Assembly: GCA_000934665.2 (NCBI GenBank)
Contig: KZ538613.1
Span: 1-58,927, forward strand
Source: Catajapyx aquilonaris
Lineage: Eukaryota
Direction of reading: 5' to 3'
DNA length: 58,927 nt
Below the pieces are notes generated by a model that was not told where the DNA came from, did no database searches, and worked only from the letters and a program-made list of their open reading frames with translations. Positions 36,661-50,260 of this stretch are shown here, piece by piece (within the stretch, counting starts at the first letter, position 1; each line of letters opens with the position of its first letter). The position numbers were made by a program, and so were the translations under genes.

Positions 36661-39600
36661 TTTTTTTTGATTTAACACCTTATCGGGCATGTGGATTTTT
36701 GGGGATTGGGTGATTACAGGGGGTGTGTTTGCAGCGGGGGTGTATTATTTACGTTGTGCAATATGTGTATTGAGAATCGAACATGCCAGATATGTTCGCA
36801 TGTACACAGTGAGCTAATTAAGCAAACAAGAGGGGGCGATCAGGTGCCAGTTTGCGAAATAGTTGGCTAATTTTTGATGGCGCGTGTGGCTTTTTTCCGA
36901 GCCACGTGATCTGATAGGTTGCTTTTCGGTCGATTGTGAATTTAGCTATGATTAATTAAAGCAAAATATTGCCCCCTAGTATGTGCTTATTACAAACAGT
37001 CTTGTCACTAACGACTGGATCGATTCATGTTTTTTTGTGTCATCAAATATTAAATCTAGATTTTGATATTCACGTCATGCAATCCTATATCACTCAACAG
37101 GACTGCTGGTGTCATAAGCAGGGGTATAATAATAATATCGCTCAAAAAGATGGCGACGATTTTGCATTTGATTTCAATGCAAAATCGTCTCCGTCTTATT
37201 NGGGGGGGGGGGAAATGATCACTCAGCACTTTCTGCCGATGCAACAGTGTTGCGCAATGATAGGTTGTTTATGCCAGTCTATTATAGCCCGGAGCGGCAC
37301 CATAACAATGATGCTTAGGAATAGCATTGGTTTGAGCGGCCTTGGGCGAGAGGCCAACTTAGGTGAAGGGCAGCCAACTAAAAGGGCGAGGTCAAGAACC
37401 TCTACGTGACTGCGAGTAGTTTTTCGGTCACCGTTATTTGAGCTTTAAGCTGGTTGTTTCCTGCACGATACTGCGAGCAGTGTTGCTGAAACAATGATTT
37501 TGTTTTTGTTTTTTCCAAATGCGGGAGAGAAACAGATTGGGAAGGGAGGTGCCATGGAAACGGGGACAACCGGGGACAACTGTCCACTCAGCATCGATTG
37601 ACCAAGGAGGAACACAGCAGAACCATGCGATAAATGGCTGGGGATTAGCCTGGTCAGAACACAAAAATTGGGTAGTCAGACACTATAAACTAGCGTTACG
37701 TTGGGTGACGGAACTATGTGTTCGTCAATTAGCAGATGGGCGAGATCTGCATGGGTAGGCTGATAACCGGGCCTGTCGGAGTGAAGTAATCGCAGTGAAC
37801 GGAAAACAAACGGACGAAAGAGCGTTCCACTTGGACGTGTACCGGGAATGAATTTATTCGCGCCACGGGCCATTTCTCTGTGACTGCAAACTAACGCAAT
37901 TGCGCCGACCACCCAACCGTTGCCTATGCGGATCTGTAATGTACGTTAACTGGGAAAAATTGCTGGGAGTGTATGATAATTTATAGGCCTCACTATAGGC
38001 GGCCCTGTTTTAATAAATATTTAATTTTAAAAATATTGATGACATTTCCAAACTATGTCGCAATCAGAACGACTAAAGACAAGTATGTCCCAGGTCGAGT
38101 GGTTTTTAACCCCGGGACGTTAAAACGAATCTGCTGTGCATTACGGAAACTGCTCTTTAAAAATGCAGTAGTGCAAGGGCGTAATCCAACCGGATTATGC
38201 CCCATAGCCGGGCACACCTTTTGTGATAATTCCGGGGGTCCCCAGTATTTTTTTTTTCTCGAAAAGTGCGCTTTTAACGCTCTTTGCTCAAATTGAGAAA
38301 ATCCGTATTTGGTTAAGAGCAGTCAGAAAATTTGGTCGAATGAGTTCCGATTTTCTTGGCAGTCATTTTGGGGACGAAGAGGCCTCGTTGATTCGCTCTC
38401 CCCAATTCGCCATCCTCCCCTGGTCCTCCTCCAGCCCCCTCTTTTCTCTTTTAACGTGGCGATATTATGCCGTTTATCACGCGCCGTGTGCAAGCAATAG
38501 ACCGGATGCAGATGGGACCATGGAGGAAAAAATAGGCGCGTTTCCTTCCGACCCTTTTTCATCACTAAAAAATTGGTGCAACTATAGTGATGAGGTTTTA
38601 AGACTCGGGAGTTGGTTTTATCATAATGTGTGATTAATAAATGGGGGGATTTGTTACCGTATTTTTCATTTGTGTTTAGTTTGATACTGTACAGTGCGTA
38701 TGTTGTAATATGGCGCTCAAAATGGGAAAATATTGTCAACCGAAAAGTTAATGCTTAAAACATGAAATTTTTACACCATGATTTTTTTGCGGCATTAAAT
38801 TTTGAGCGTCCCCCCCCAAGGCTGCAGTACAACTTGGCCTATGCTTTGCGATTACGTTTACAGGTTAATCCACTTTGTGGATGGTACTAAATTTTATGAA
38901 AATTAATGCAATTGAGGCTTCCTTTTTCACGTGCAGTACTGTGAGGCTTATTTTGATTGGGTTTGTGATTCAGCACTTGTGTGTTATCGTTTGGGCTGAA
39001 CAAATGAAGCGCAATCTACACGCCCAGAGTGGAAAGACGGTGCGAAGGTCATTTTCTCCAGGAAATTAGCTTCATGCCTGTAATCATGATCCGTCTGAGG
39101 CGTTGAAGACCGGTGATGTAATTGCCCAGGTGCCGCAAAATCGAGAAACGACGGTTGGACATTTGATGACCATTGTTGCTTCTAGCTAATGTGCACGAAA
39201 TTGCAAAGAATTTTAGATTAGTTTATGAAAGTGCAAGCCACGCAATCTTGTGGTTATATACGCCATTAGTCGACCCGGATTAATTCGGAATTGGCACATG
39301 ATTGGTAATCACAGCGTCATTGTGCGTAGCTGGCGCTGGATCATAACAGCACCACAGTTTTGACTGCGATATTGATCCGCATCGCATATCAATCAGATTG
39401 GGCATGCGGGAATGCAACTACGATAGAATTGAAAGAATAAAGTGGGGAAACGGCGTGCCCCGTTACCCATATCGGAAGGCCATTATCGGTCAGTTTGGTG
39501 ACACCCTTTGTATGGCGTGACAGGTGTCCCCCCTATCATCGAAATGGCTGACATGCGTGACTCACTACGCAGCATCTTTGTCACGACAATTCAGGTGAAA

Positions 39601-42600
39601 AGCTGCACAGGGTCACCCTCAGAGTTTGTAATGCGGTACAAATTAGCCGGTAAATGTGCGAATGTTTCGCGGATGCAGAATAATATTGAAACGGGGCGTG
39701 GAATGTTTATGAGATGATTTCGGCGAACCGCCCCCAGAAAGCGGCTACACGTGCGCACGACGACTGCATATAAACACATTTTCAGAGTGGGTGTGTGTGG
39801 GTAGTAACTTTGCAATTTTGGCAATTCCTGTATACGCGTGCATACCGTGTGCTTAAAAAAAACCGCAGAATGGGGTGTGCAAAATTTTAGCGAGAAAAAT
39901 ATTTGGATGGTTTGCTCTCTCACGTGCTTGGCTAGATTGGCGATAACCTTGCAGAGGGTTATAGGAAGGAAGGGAAGCCTCGACCCATTTTGCTAGGGTG
40001 GTGTGGGCTGGTTGGGTGACGGGCCTCGTGGGGGGAAAGAAAGACGGTGGAAAAAAAGAGGTTACCGGAGTAGGCAGCTGGGTCAGGGATATGAAAGAAA
40101 TGGGCGGTTGGGAGGTGGAAATTGCAGGTAATACGAGCAATTGGTGTCGTAATGCCGGGAAAATATTAGCTAAATAGTTAAATTTGCAGGATTTTTCAGT
40201 GGTTTGAATCTCATATTAAAAACATATGCGCTGACTGCTTGAAGGCCTTAGAGGGGGGGAGTGTAATTTACTTTCTTTATCCCAGCTGAGTGGGTATTAT
40301 AATTTTATCAGTTGCTAAGGTCGGGGAGGGGGTTGGGAAGTTGGGGATGCTGTTGAAGGCAGGTTGTCTCTCAAATTAGTTGACAGTGCGACACACTCCG
40401 CACGCAATTTCCACCCAGTCGTCACGCATGTGGAAACCAGAATAGAACCCGGACGAAAACTGTGACGTCTGGGTACGTATATATTGCATATAACATGCTG
40501 CTCACGCAATTAACTCGTGTTATGTATAGGGGGGTCCTGTTTCGATATGATGCTACAATATATGGTATCACTGTATACGGCCTGTGTTTTGCATAAACAC
40601 ACTAGAAGCAATTGCGCTGTAACAGAAGGATTATCTTGAAATGATTTAGCACAGCATGACACTGCGAGCTTTATTTCACCGGAATTAATGACTGCGGTTG
40701 AATACACGGGTTTAGTGGCGAAGTAAAAGTTGGTCATTGGACGAGTCGAGATTAGAATATATGTAGTAAAATATATTGAAATTTAAATGTTTAAATTGAG
40801 GCATTTTTTTTACTGCACTCGGTCCTTGTAGGGTGCGGTATGGCATACCAGTCCCCTAAGGACAGTTGATTCAACTGAGGGAACCTGCGCGTTAAGGTAT
40901 ACCAGTTGCGTTTTCGGGTTGGGGGACAGTATGTTGTTGATCTGGCAAAGGGGGGGGGGGGGGGCANCAGCTTTTTTGTGGCCGGTCGTTAGTGCACTGC
41001 TATGACGTCTCATTCAAAGGGCGGTGTATTGCAACGGGATTTGTATGCACACTGTGTTGCAGGTGTGCAAAGGTTGGCTGCACATGGAAGGGGGGGCAGG
41101 GTCAGTGACCGTAGAACGCGCCGCTCTTATGTACCATTGGGGAAACATTTACGAGCACCAAAAGGGAGCGTCAATAAATAATGTCGTCGTATTGTACAAC
41201 GCACCCTGTAAGTTGCGGGGGCATCCATGAGAATATCCCCCCTCGCCTTTTTGCCGGCACATGGCAGGTGCCAATTAATCTAATCACCTGGACCATCGGA
41301 TTCCCGCATGCAAATGCAGGTGCAGCCCGCTGTGTATCATAGCCAGGGCGGAGTCACTCGGTTAACACTGGGGGTATATATACATGTAGGCTAGGCACAG
41401 TTGGGTGGAATCGATTATGCCCCGAGTTGCCGTTGCGAAACGATTACGTGGCGCATTGATCGAATGAACCCACGGGAGTATTGTGCTTCATCCTGGCTGC
41501 TGCTGCTGCCGCCTCACCATCCACCCCCACTAAAAATAATTGTAGTAGTAGGGATGATAGTATTTAGGGGATGTATATTTTATACGGTCGACGAGTGCAC
41601 TATCGATGGTTATATATAGGGCATGGGGAGCTTGGGGAATAGCGGATTAGTCACATGTTACGTAAGTGGGAGTAATAAAAATGTATGCGAGCCGACTGGA
41701 GGCTATATTTTATGCAGGGATAAATACAGTAATGTGGGCGTGGACTCGGGAGGTCATTTGCACTAATGAAGGAAGACGGACTTTGTTTCGGATTTTTTTA
41801 AACGTAATATTAGTCATACAGTGGCTCAGATAACGCAATTATGTGTGACTACAGTATGTGCTTCCACAGGGATGCGTGTTACATCTTTCTAAGAATAACT
41901 AAAAATAGCGGACATGTTGCTTGAAATACTGCTTTCACGATAATGAGCGTTTTTTTCCACACGTGTTACAATGGATAGTGCTGAACATGTTATGAGCTGT
42001 AAATCATTACAAGTTTGTTAGGCCCGCATAAAAAGGTAGTTATAATCATTGCGGCTTCACATGTGAAAATTTAGTTGAAGTTTATTATCCCGAGTCGTGG
42101 GATGTGGCGGGGTTAAGTTACAGCCACATACCACCGCGCGGATCACTTGTGTGTGATTTTAGGAACTAACAGTACATCAAATATTTACAGCGTAAACAGT
42201 AGCGTTAGATAGTGCAGCGCACAATTTATTAACTAGTTTTTTTTGTGTGTGTGTGGCCCCCCGAGTTGCGCTCAGAACAGTGGAAACACGGCGCAAGTTA
42301 GTTCCACACAGGTTTGTAAACGCTAGTGAAAATGCGCCGGCACATAAGGCTAACTTTTCCCGCGGAGCATTAATCATCTCTAAATATCAGGGGAGAACCT
42401 GACTGCCATGCCAGAAAGCCCTCCCAAACATTCCATCCAACGATGAAGAAGTATAGGGGACACTACAAGCTGCCTTCTTCCCCAGTTGAAAGACAGGAGT
42501 TCGGAGGCTCTCTTATTTAGAATCGCAAATCGTTTGCCGTTGAGCCGAAGCGGAAAAGGCAATAGCTTGGAGTTCGTTATGCCGTGACGGAGATTGCCTG

Positions 42601-43550
42601 CGCCCTTGCCCGGCTTTCTGCTACTAACCAGAGGCGTCGGTCTGACTGCTCAGATCGATGGGAAAGAAAGCAGGAGAGACACCCGGTGTTGGAAGATTCA
42701 TTTCCGGATCAGATGCGTAGGTTCTGAGCTAAATATTTTCACCTATGGGTCATACTGGCCGTATTCGTCATGGTCCTGGCTATAGCCTTGGAAGGCGTCC
42801 AGCATTGGTTATCCCCCATTCATTCTGCAGATATGGCGATTTCGTCATCACTGATTGTTCGCCGCGGAATTCTTTGTGTGCCGGGTTGCGATGTCGCGGA
42901 ATATGTGCGAACCGGCGGAGAAATTTCGGCCGAACTGAGCTGGCCTACGGGTAGATACGTCATATTGCCTTGAGAGTGTAGCATGTGTTCCTATCGTGGG
43001 GTTGCGAATTTTCAGGTGTTCAGCGGGGTGGTCAGCTGGGCATCGAAAGAGGTCGAACGTGATGGGGTGTTGTAGAAGTATGCTGATTGAGTAAAATGGA
43101 AATTTATGAGGGCACGTGGGCTATCCGATGCGTTATCTGTACGAAAAGGGCCTTGAGGATTCGCGGTGTCGTCATTTGGATGCCTTTCTGAAACCCCACT
43201 TGTTTAGCGCGCATAATTTTTTTGGTGGGATTATTGCAATCGGAAACCTGAGTTGGCAAATTCTGGGGGTTTGACACCCGGTGCGAATATAATCATCGCG
43301 AAAACCTTGACCCCGCGTACGTTTTTTCCTGGTGTTTCATCGCCGAGCTATGTATAGAAAACCCCCTATAGTATTAAAGGTCATTGGAGAGAAGGCTTAC
43401 ACTCGCTTTTATCTGCCTACTCGCCACAACTGACGTACTTTGGTTACTGATAAGCTACTTATGGAAACCTATTATCTGAACTTGCCGGTGAAAAAGTCTC
43501 GTAACTTCCTAATTTGCATTGTTACAATTATGTCATTTTCTTTCTTGCAG

Positions 43551-43594
43551 GTGAAGGTGTTCGGAGCTGTCGTGATTTTACTCCCCAGTGCATG
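43551..43594 (+). other. 44-nt exon ending in ATG; probable downstream exon of the host gene
   Basis: Branch-like CTAAT, pyrimidine tract TTTTCTTTCTTGCAG|, and perfect donor ATG|GTAAGT. Two frames are open (VKVFGAVVILLPSA; EGVRSCRDFTPQCM), or it is UTR plus the start codon. Confidence 0.6.
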
Positions 43595-45101
43595 GTAAGT
43601 GCTATACGGTACGCATTTATAGCCTGCTGTTACGTGATCGGTAGTAAATTTACAAGTAATTTGTGTGTATGAAGTAGAGAGTCCGGCTGTCACAGTCTTG
43701 CAACTAATCAGGACAGGAATATCGGTATATCGCGAAAGGATGGCACATAGCTATAGTATTGTATAAATAACATGCACCTATCGTACTTAGAGCAGCCTAC
43801 TTTTCCAGCGGAAATTTAGGCCGATAAGCGGTTTTACAATAGGATGCCGGAGATAAGCCCGAGACGCGACACGTCGCGATTCTAATGTTACGGATCATAG
43901 TTTCTCCACATTCGCGTACTGTAAACCTTGAACTGGCTGCCTTTTTTCTTTTGTGTGTGTGTATGTGTGCACATATTCTCACGAGGGTTTTTGGCCGGCT
44001 GTACAGAGTTTGCAAGAAGGCTGATGCATAAAGGAGGCAGTGACTTGTCCTTATGGCGAGGTGAGGATGAGATGACTGGCGCGATGCTTGCACAGGGCAA
44101 ATGGTTTCGCAATGGGATACTTGGCACGTGTTTCCAGAGAGACCGGGAGAATGGTTGCTAAGCTCCACGGAATACGATCGAGTCAATCGATCAGTCTGAG
44201 GCGGAACACACAGGAAGAAGAAAGTAAAAAAAAAAAAAGTGGAACAAAGGAAAAAAGGTGAACCTCCCTTGCTTTTAACCAGGACCGGAATTAGTTAACA
44301 TATAATACGTAAGTTGCTAAATTGTTTTATCCGTGGTTTATTCGCTTGGGGCGATGGGGGGAACTGGTGGTGAAAAGGGGATGATCGAAGGGGCTGTTTT
44401 TGCGGGAAACCCTTGGCGGTGGCAAAGGAATTGATGGGTTTCCTTATTGGATCGTTTGATTTTCGCGCGGTGGCTACGGGGACTGGAATGGCTTCAGGGA
44501 CGGGCAGTTCTTGTTTGTCGACCGCCTTATGATGACATCATGGAGGTTTAAAAAAATGTCAAATCGGGTTGGGTTACTGGGAGACAGGCGCGTGAAGGCC
44601 AGCGCTTCCCTCCCGTCATATAGTAGCAATGACTGCTTAGTCTATTACATAAAACATTCCTCTGGCAGACCAGTACCGATAAGAAAATCGGCAAAACCAG
44701 TTTCATTCATTTTTTAAACCAGCTGTTTAATAATTGCACCACGATATTGTTAAAAACGGAATATTTTCATAGCAGCCAAATATAGTTTTGGCGATTTAGT
44801 GGTAAGATTTTACACCCGGTTGTTCAACAGGTATGCTAACAGGAGGGCTTGACAGACGGCATAAAAATCGGGCCTAGGCTCTCGTCCCTCCCCCACAAAT
44901 CCGTAACCGAATATCACAACTAGCGGTTATTGAAACTGCCAATCGCGGTCTGGTTAGAACAAATCGCCGATAATTAAATCATCATCCGCCAGGTGGCACA
45001 ACATTAGCGGAAACAAAAGGCCGATGGCATTTTGCAGGGGGGGCTGCCTTTTTATTGTTGTCAATCGACTGGGTGGCGAGAGGTGGTGGGAGGGGGGGGG
45101 G

Positions 45102-45356
45102 NNNNNNNNNNNNNNNNNNNNNNNNNNNNNNNNNNNNNNNNNNNNNNNNNNNNNNNNNNNNNNNNNNNNNNNNNNNNNNNNNNNNNNNNNNNNNNNNNNN
45201 NNNNNNNNNNNNNNNNNNNNNNNNNNNNNNNNNNNNNNNNNNNNNNNNNNNNNNNNNNNNNNNNNNNNNNNNNNNNNNNNNNNNNNNNNNNNNNNNNNNN
45301 NNNNNNNNNNNNNNNNNNNNNNNNNNNNNNNNNNNNNNNNNNNNNNNNNNNNNNNN
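45102..45356. other. Assembly gap (255 N) flanked by poly-G
   Basis: N run in the sequence. Confidence 0.99.
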
Positions 45357-48300
45357 GGGGGGGGTTTGCTGTGTATATCGATAGCATGCCATGGGCAATT
45401 TCTGTTGAAGCATGTGACGTACTTGTGACCTGGTTGGCATTTTGCAGCGGGGGTGGGAGTATATGGCGGGTTGAGGGGGACGATTCGAATGCAGATGTAT
45501 GTGAAGGAGCATCGCGTGGGTCGAGCCCAAGGATGGCGCGGGTCTAAATTTAACCCGTGGTTACTTCATTTTAAGCCCCGGTGCGCCTTCCGTTCCCGAC
45601 TCTAGAGGGAGTTTTTTCATCCCATCACGCACATACAGTATTCTGAACACACGGAGTGCCACTTGTACAGTGGGGGCACACTGGCCCAGGGGTCCGGCTG
45701 CCATGCCACGAGCCTATGTAATCAAGACCTTCTGGAGGAGTGTCGTGTGACAAAGAGCAGAAATGGAGGGGTTGGGGGAGGGTGACAAAAAGGACAAGGA
45801 GTGGTGCACGGATTATATAGCAATCACGCAAGGACTAGGTAAAAATAGTATGACTAGTTGTCACTATATGGATTGTATTCTGATAAGGTGTGATTAGAGG
45901 ATGGCATTTTTTGTTGTTGTGCGTAATGGTGTCTACACCATCCTTTCCGTTTCGGAGATAAAGTGACCTCATCTTGTATTAATGGGGGTAGTTTTTTGTT
46001 GTGCGGACAAGGACGTGTCGAGATGTGAGCATTGTCAGCGGCTGGGGAGGGCAGAACAATAGCCTATTGTTGAGCGTGCAGGATAGGCGTACCAAAGAAT
46101 TCGGATTGCCGATTTCCTTGCATGCGACAATAGCGGGCATGTTATTGCTGAATTTCGTATGCAGATTCTTCAGGCGCACAATTGCTTCTGGGTGGTTGAT
46201 TTAACCCCGATTCGAGCGAGTAAGGCGAGTGTATAGTTAAACAATTTGTCGGAGTGGGAAAGTATCCAGGTGGTCTACCTGTGTCATTATTTTCACGGCC
46301 ACAGTAGCCTAATTTGAATGTAAAATTTTCGACTTTGGTTCACTTGGGCGGACTGCATTGCTATTGTGGAACTGCTTTGATCGCTCCCAGGCTGGACCCA
46401 AGTTAGTATTGAAACCCGTTCGAAAAAGCTTGTAAGTGACGGCAGTTCAACTCCACATTAGTTTAATGAGTACACTTCCGGTCCGCCGGTCCCACCAAAG
46501 CTGTTTAAAAGTATTGCCGTGGAAAGTTGCCAAACTGTGATAACCGTTTAGCACCGGAGCAATTTCGCAAAGTAGGATTAATAGTACGGGGGGGTATACT
46601 GCAGTTTGTTGCCTTTACGTGCATGTGAAGTTGCATGTGTGAAGTGTAGAAGACTGACGCACGTGACTCGCATGTCTGATCAGATCGGACCTATTTCGAC
46701 AACTTTGTAACCGGACAAAAATGTTGAAAAGGCACCCTGGTGCGTCTATTGGACAATTTGATTCCCTTGGCTTAGACCGCTCTTTGGAATCGTTTGGCGG
46801 GTCAATATTTGAGGAACGTAATTGAAACCGTTATGGGTGGTAAATGATGCAGGCGTGTTTCGGAGCATTTTTCTTGTGATGCGTTGACATTCGCGTGTTT
46901 AGTACACCCCGATTTCATTTCCTGCGCCCCAGTTCATTTGGTACTAAGAAAATTTTTGTAGAGAAGACCTCGGGGTAAAAAATTGTACGGAAGTTCATCT
47001 GCGTTGGTGATGGGTTGACTGTCACCTGTCGGGACACGTGTGGTTCGGGTCATCCCGAATTGGGATAATAAATAAATACCGGGGTCCAGCCCTCCCTTGC
47101 ATGGTGGCCATACCGCCACCACCACCACCCCTGGTATTGATTGGCGCACCCTTGCGCAGGCGGACAGCCCTCCCCTCATCCCGCCATCATCATCATCCCT
47201 TCCTCCCACGTTTCTCCATCCCAAGCTCCCCATCCCTCGGCTAACCCTAGGGAGAGAGAGCGCAATATACAGTACGTGTGAGAAAAATAAGTTATATCTA
47301 CATCGATGGCACGTGCGTGAAATGTGCGACACGTGACAGTTTATATATGTGCTTTTTCAGGTCACCTTGTCACTTTTTAGTCCGCAGCGATCTAGCAGTG
47401 ACACCCGTCATTTATTGGGTAATTATTGTGTGCATGTCGTTTTTAGTGGGGGGGGGGGGGGGACACGCCGGCGTAGACTGCAGCGCCGGGTAAATGACCC
47501 AAGGTACACCGTACCGGCCGGGCTGGTAAACATCCGCCACATTATCGCTCGGTTGGGATATGTGCTGATAGTTTCCTATTGGTGACACTTTATTTTTGTA
47601 CAAAAAATTTCGTGTATTTAGCGACTCGATGGGGGCTAAATTGCCACCCGTGCTGGAGTTGACACTTTGGGGGACTGTTATCAAAATAAGTCCACTTCGG
47701 AATGAGTCATGAGGATGACCTCGTGTGGCCTCAGATTTGTGGAGTATGGCGGAAAATTGGATGCATTAGTTTGTATGGCTAGCATTTTAATATTTGTATG
47801 TGAGTTTTGCGAGTTGCCTTGTAAACAGCACCTGGACAGGACGTGTGTGTAAATAATTGACATCGGTTTTTGTGCAGCAACACAACGCATGGCTGTTCGG
47901 AGCTTGGAAAAGTTGTGCGCAAGGTCACGGCCGTGGCTTTATAAATGTGCAGCGTTGCAGTGGTTGCACAATACTGCATCCTGTGCGAGATAGGTCGGAT
48001 TATAAAATGAAAAATTGCGGACTGCAACGCGGTTATGTAAATATTGTAATAGCGTACAGTGTGGGTAAATAAGATTCAGTAATATCTTATCAACTGGTAA
48101 GGTTGGGTAGATAAAAAAAAAAAACACAAGCTGTAATCATGTGTCTGATCAAGTTTTAAGCGGAGGAACTGTCAAAGCTCACATTGTTGCATTGTCAAAG
48201 TGTGGCGCATGTACTTGCATAAATATTATTACAGGCAGTGCGCGTTGTTAGGCTGCCAAGTTGTTGAAACAGTGCCACGAGCTGTAACGACAAAGCACAC

Positions 48301-49199
48301 AGTCAACGGACATTCAAATTGAGCAAAGCAATCGTGATGGATAGCACTGCTAGTTTCGATCTACATCACGGGGAAAAAACCCACATGTGGGCTTGATATT
48401 GTTGGAATTGACGCATTGACCCGAGATGTGACTTGCCAAATCGATGGGAAAAGGCCGGCGAACTGTGCACAAGGTACTTGAGTATAGAAAAGAGGTTGAC
48501 AGGTGTCTTGCATTGCCGGATAACCTTTGTCGAGTCACAAACTGCTGGTCGTATGTCATGGCTTGACCCAGTGATATGAAGCAATGACTTTGGAGCTGGG
48601 GGATAAGCCGATAAGGAATGGCCTGACGCCTCCAGCCAGCTGAGAGCTGTGACATCGGGTTGAAGGGGAAACAGCTTGACCACTTGGCAGGGTGTGACGG
48701 TTGTAACTGACAGCGGACACACCTTTCCCAGGAACATTGCCTTATCGTCTGAATCCGCGCGATAATTAGGATTCAACTGGGGGATTCGGGTGACGTGATG
48801 AAATTTTATTGGTATCCTCCGGCATACCGTTGGACACACCGTACAAATCAAGTTTGCGACCGACAACATTGCGGATACAGCCCTATCTTCAGCGGATACA
48901 GCCCGCTGTACCAACATGTCTGGTCGTGCGACCGAGTCTCAAATCGTGAGGGCGTAAACAGACCTTCAGAGTCACACCTGAACGAAATTTGCCGATTAGA
49001 CGGACTTTTTTTTCCGTAACATGAGCGAAAAATCGTGCAGGAGAAGGCACCGGTAGCGCAATAATTAACTGTCGGATTTAACAATGCTGCGTTGTGGAGG
49101 CTGACAATAGCTGGCTTTTTGGGAAAGGAACAAAGCCGGGCGATGACAGCGGGACAATTAGAAAAGGGAACAAAGTCCACCTCGCCCCCCCCCCCCCCC

Positions 49200-49293
49200 N
49201 NNNNNNNNNNNNNNNNNNNNNNNNNNNNNNNNNNNNNNNNNNNNNNNNNNNNNNNNNNNNNNNNNNNNNNNNNNNNNNNNNNNNNNNNNNNNN
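49200..49293. other. Assembly gap (94 N) between poly-C and poly-G
   Basis: N run in the sequence. Confidence 0.99.
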
Positions 49294-49326
<33 letters not shown>

Positions 49327-50100
49327 AGAGAGAGGCCAAGCTTTAATTGCGTGCTTGTTCGGGGGTTGCTATGCGTTCCGGACTGTTTCAGGCAGGACTC
49401 GTTCAGGCGCGTTTTATTACGTTGTAGTCCGAGGTCTGCGTGAAATCGAGTCTGAACATACACAATTGCCAGAAGCTCTTGTCATAACGAGTACTTTGAC
49501 CCGGCCCGTAGTAATTGATAATATTACTTAACCGCGTGTGGGTACAGGGTGAGTCAAATAAAATTGTTGGCGATGTTTGGGTGGGAAGAAAAATATATGG
49601 GGGGTTGCGCGTAAGAGAAGCGCGCATATGTGTGAATGAGATGTGGACGACAGAATCAATTTGAAACGTGTAAAGGAGTCTTGGAAAGCAAATGGCCTAG
49701 GAACGGGATTGGCTATATGAGAAAATCGATGTTTGCAGTTCTGAGGGGGAGGGAGGGGAAAAGGGACGGGGGAGAGGTGGTTAAGGGTGGGTTGGATGTA
49801 GAGGAATTTCAGAGAACTTTCAGGGAGCTCGCTTCTCTTCCAAGTGAATAGAACTTCTTCTCTTTTTTTTGTGAAGCGCATTTCCTTTTCTCCGGTAGCA
49901 AAACGCATCAGGCTTTTCTTGCAGGGTATTATAAGTAACTTTTTGCATTAATGAACTTGCAAGGATGATCATCAAATAAAGCCTACTGATGTTTTATTAT
50001 CGTTTGTTATATCCCGCCATAAAGCACGGGCTGCTTTTGGGGGGTAATGCCATCCGAGTTCTTGTCAGGCGCTAATTATGTTGCTGCGTAACCAGCTGAC

Positions 50101-50260
50101 CATAATCTGCCGAAACACCATAACTGCAAAACTATAAGGGTGAAAGTCGCATGTATGTCCTGCATTGAGTCAGGGGGGGATTAGTGCAGGGCATGCACGC
50201 GACCTTCACCCTTACTATAGTTTAGCAGTTATGGTGTTTCTCATTGGGACGGCAGTTTTG
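50101..50260. mobile_element. Fold-back / MITE-like palindromic element, copy 1
   Basis: Left arm GAAACACCATAACTGCAAAACTATAAGGGTGAAAGTCGCATGTATGTCCTGCA pairs with right arm TGCAGGGCATGCACGCGACCTTCACCCTTACTATAGTTTAGCAGTTATGGTGTTTC. A homologous copy lies at 58588-58765. Confidence 0.75.

Noticed and set aside
42380..42973. Cluster of short overlapping ORFs suggesting a decayed gene or TE
   Set aside because: No consistent frame and no recognisable transposase, RT or other domain.
44982..45547. Long ORFs spanning N runs (also 48848-49531)
   Set aside because: Artefacts of translating assembly gaps.
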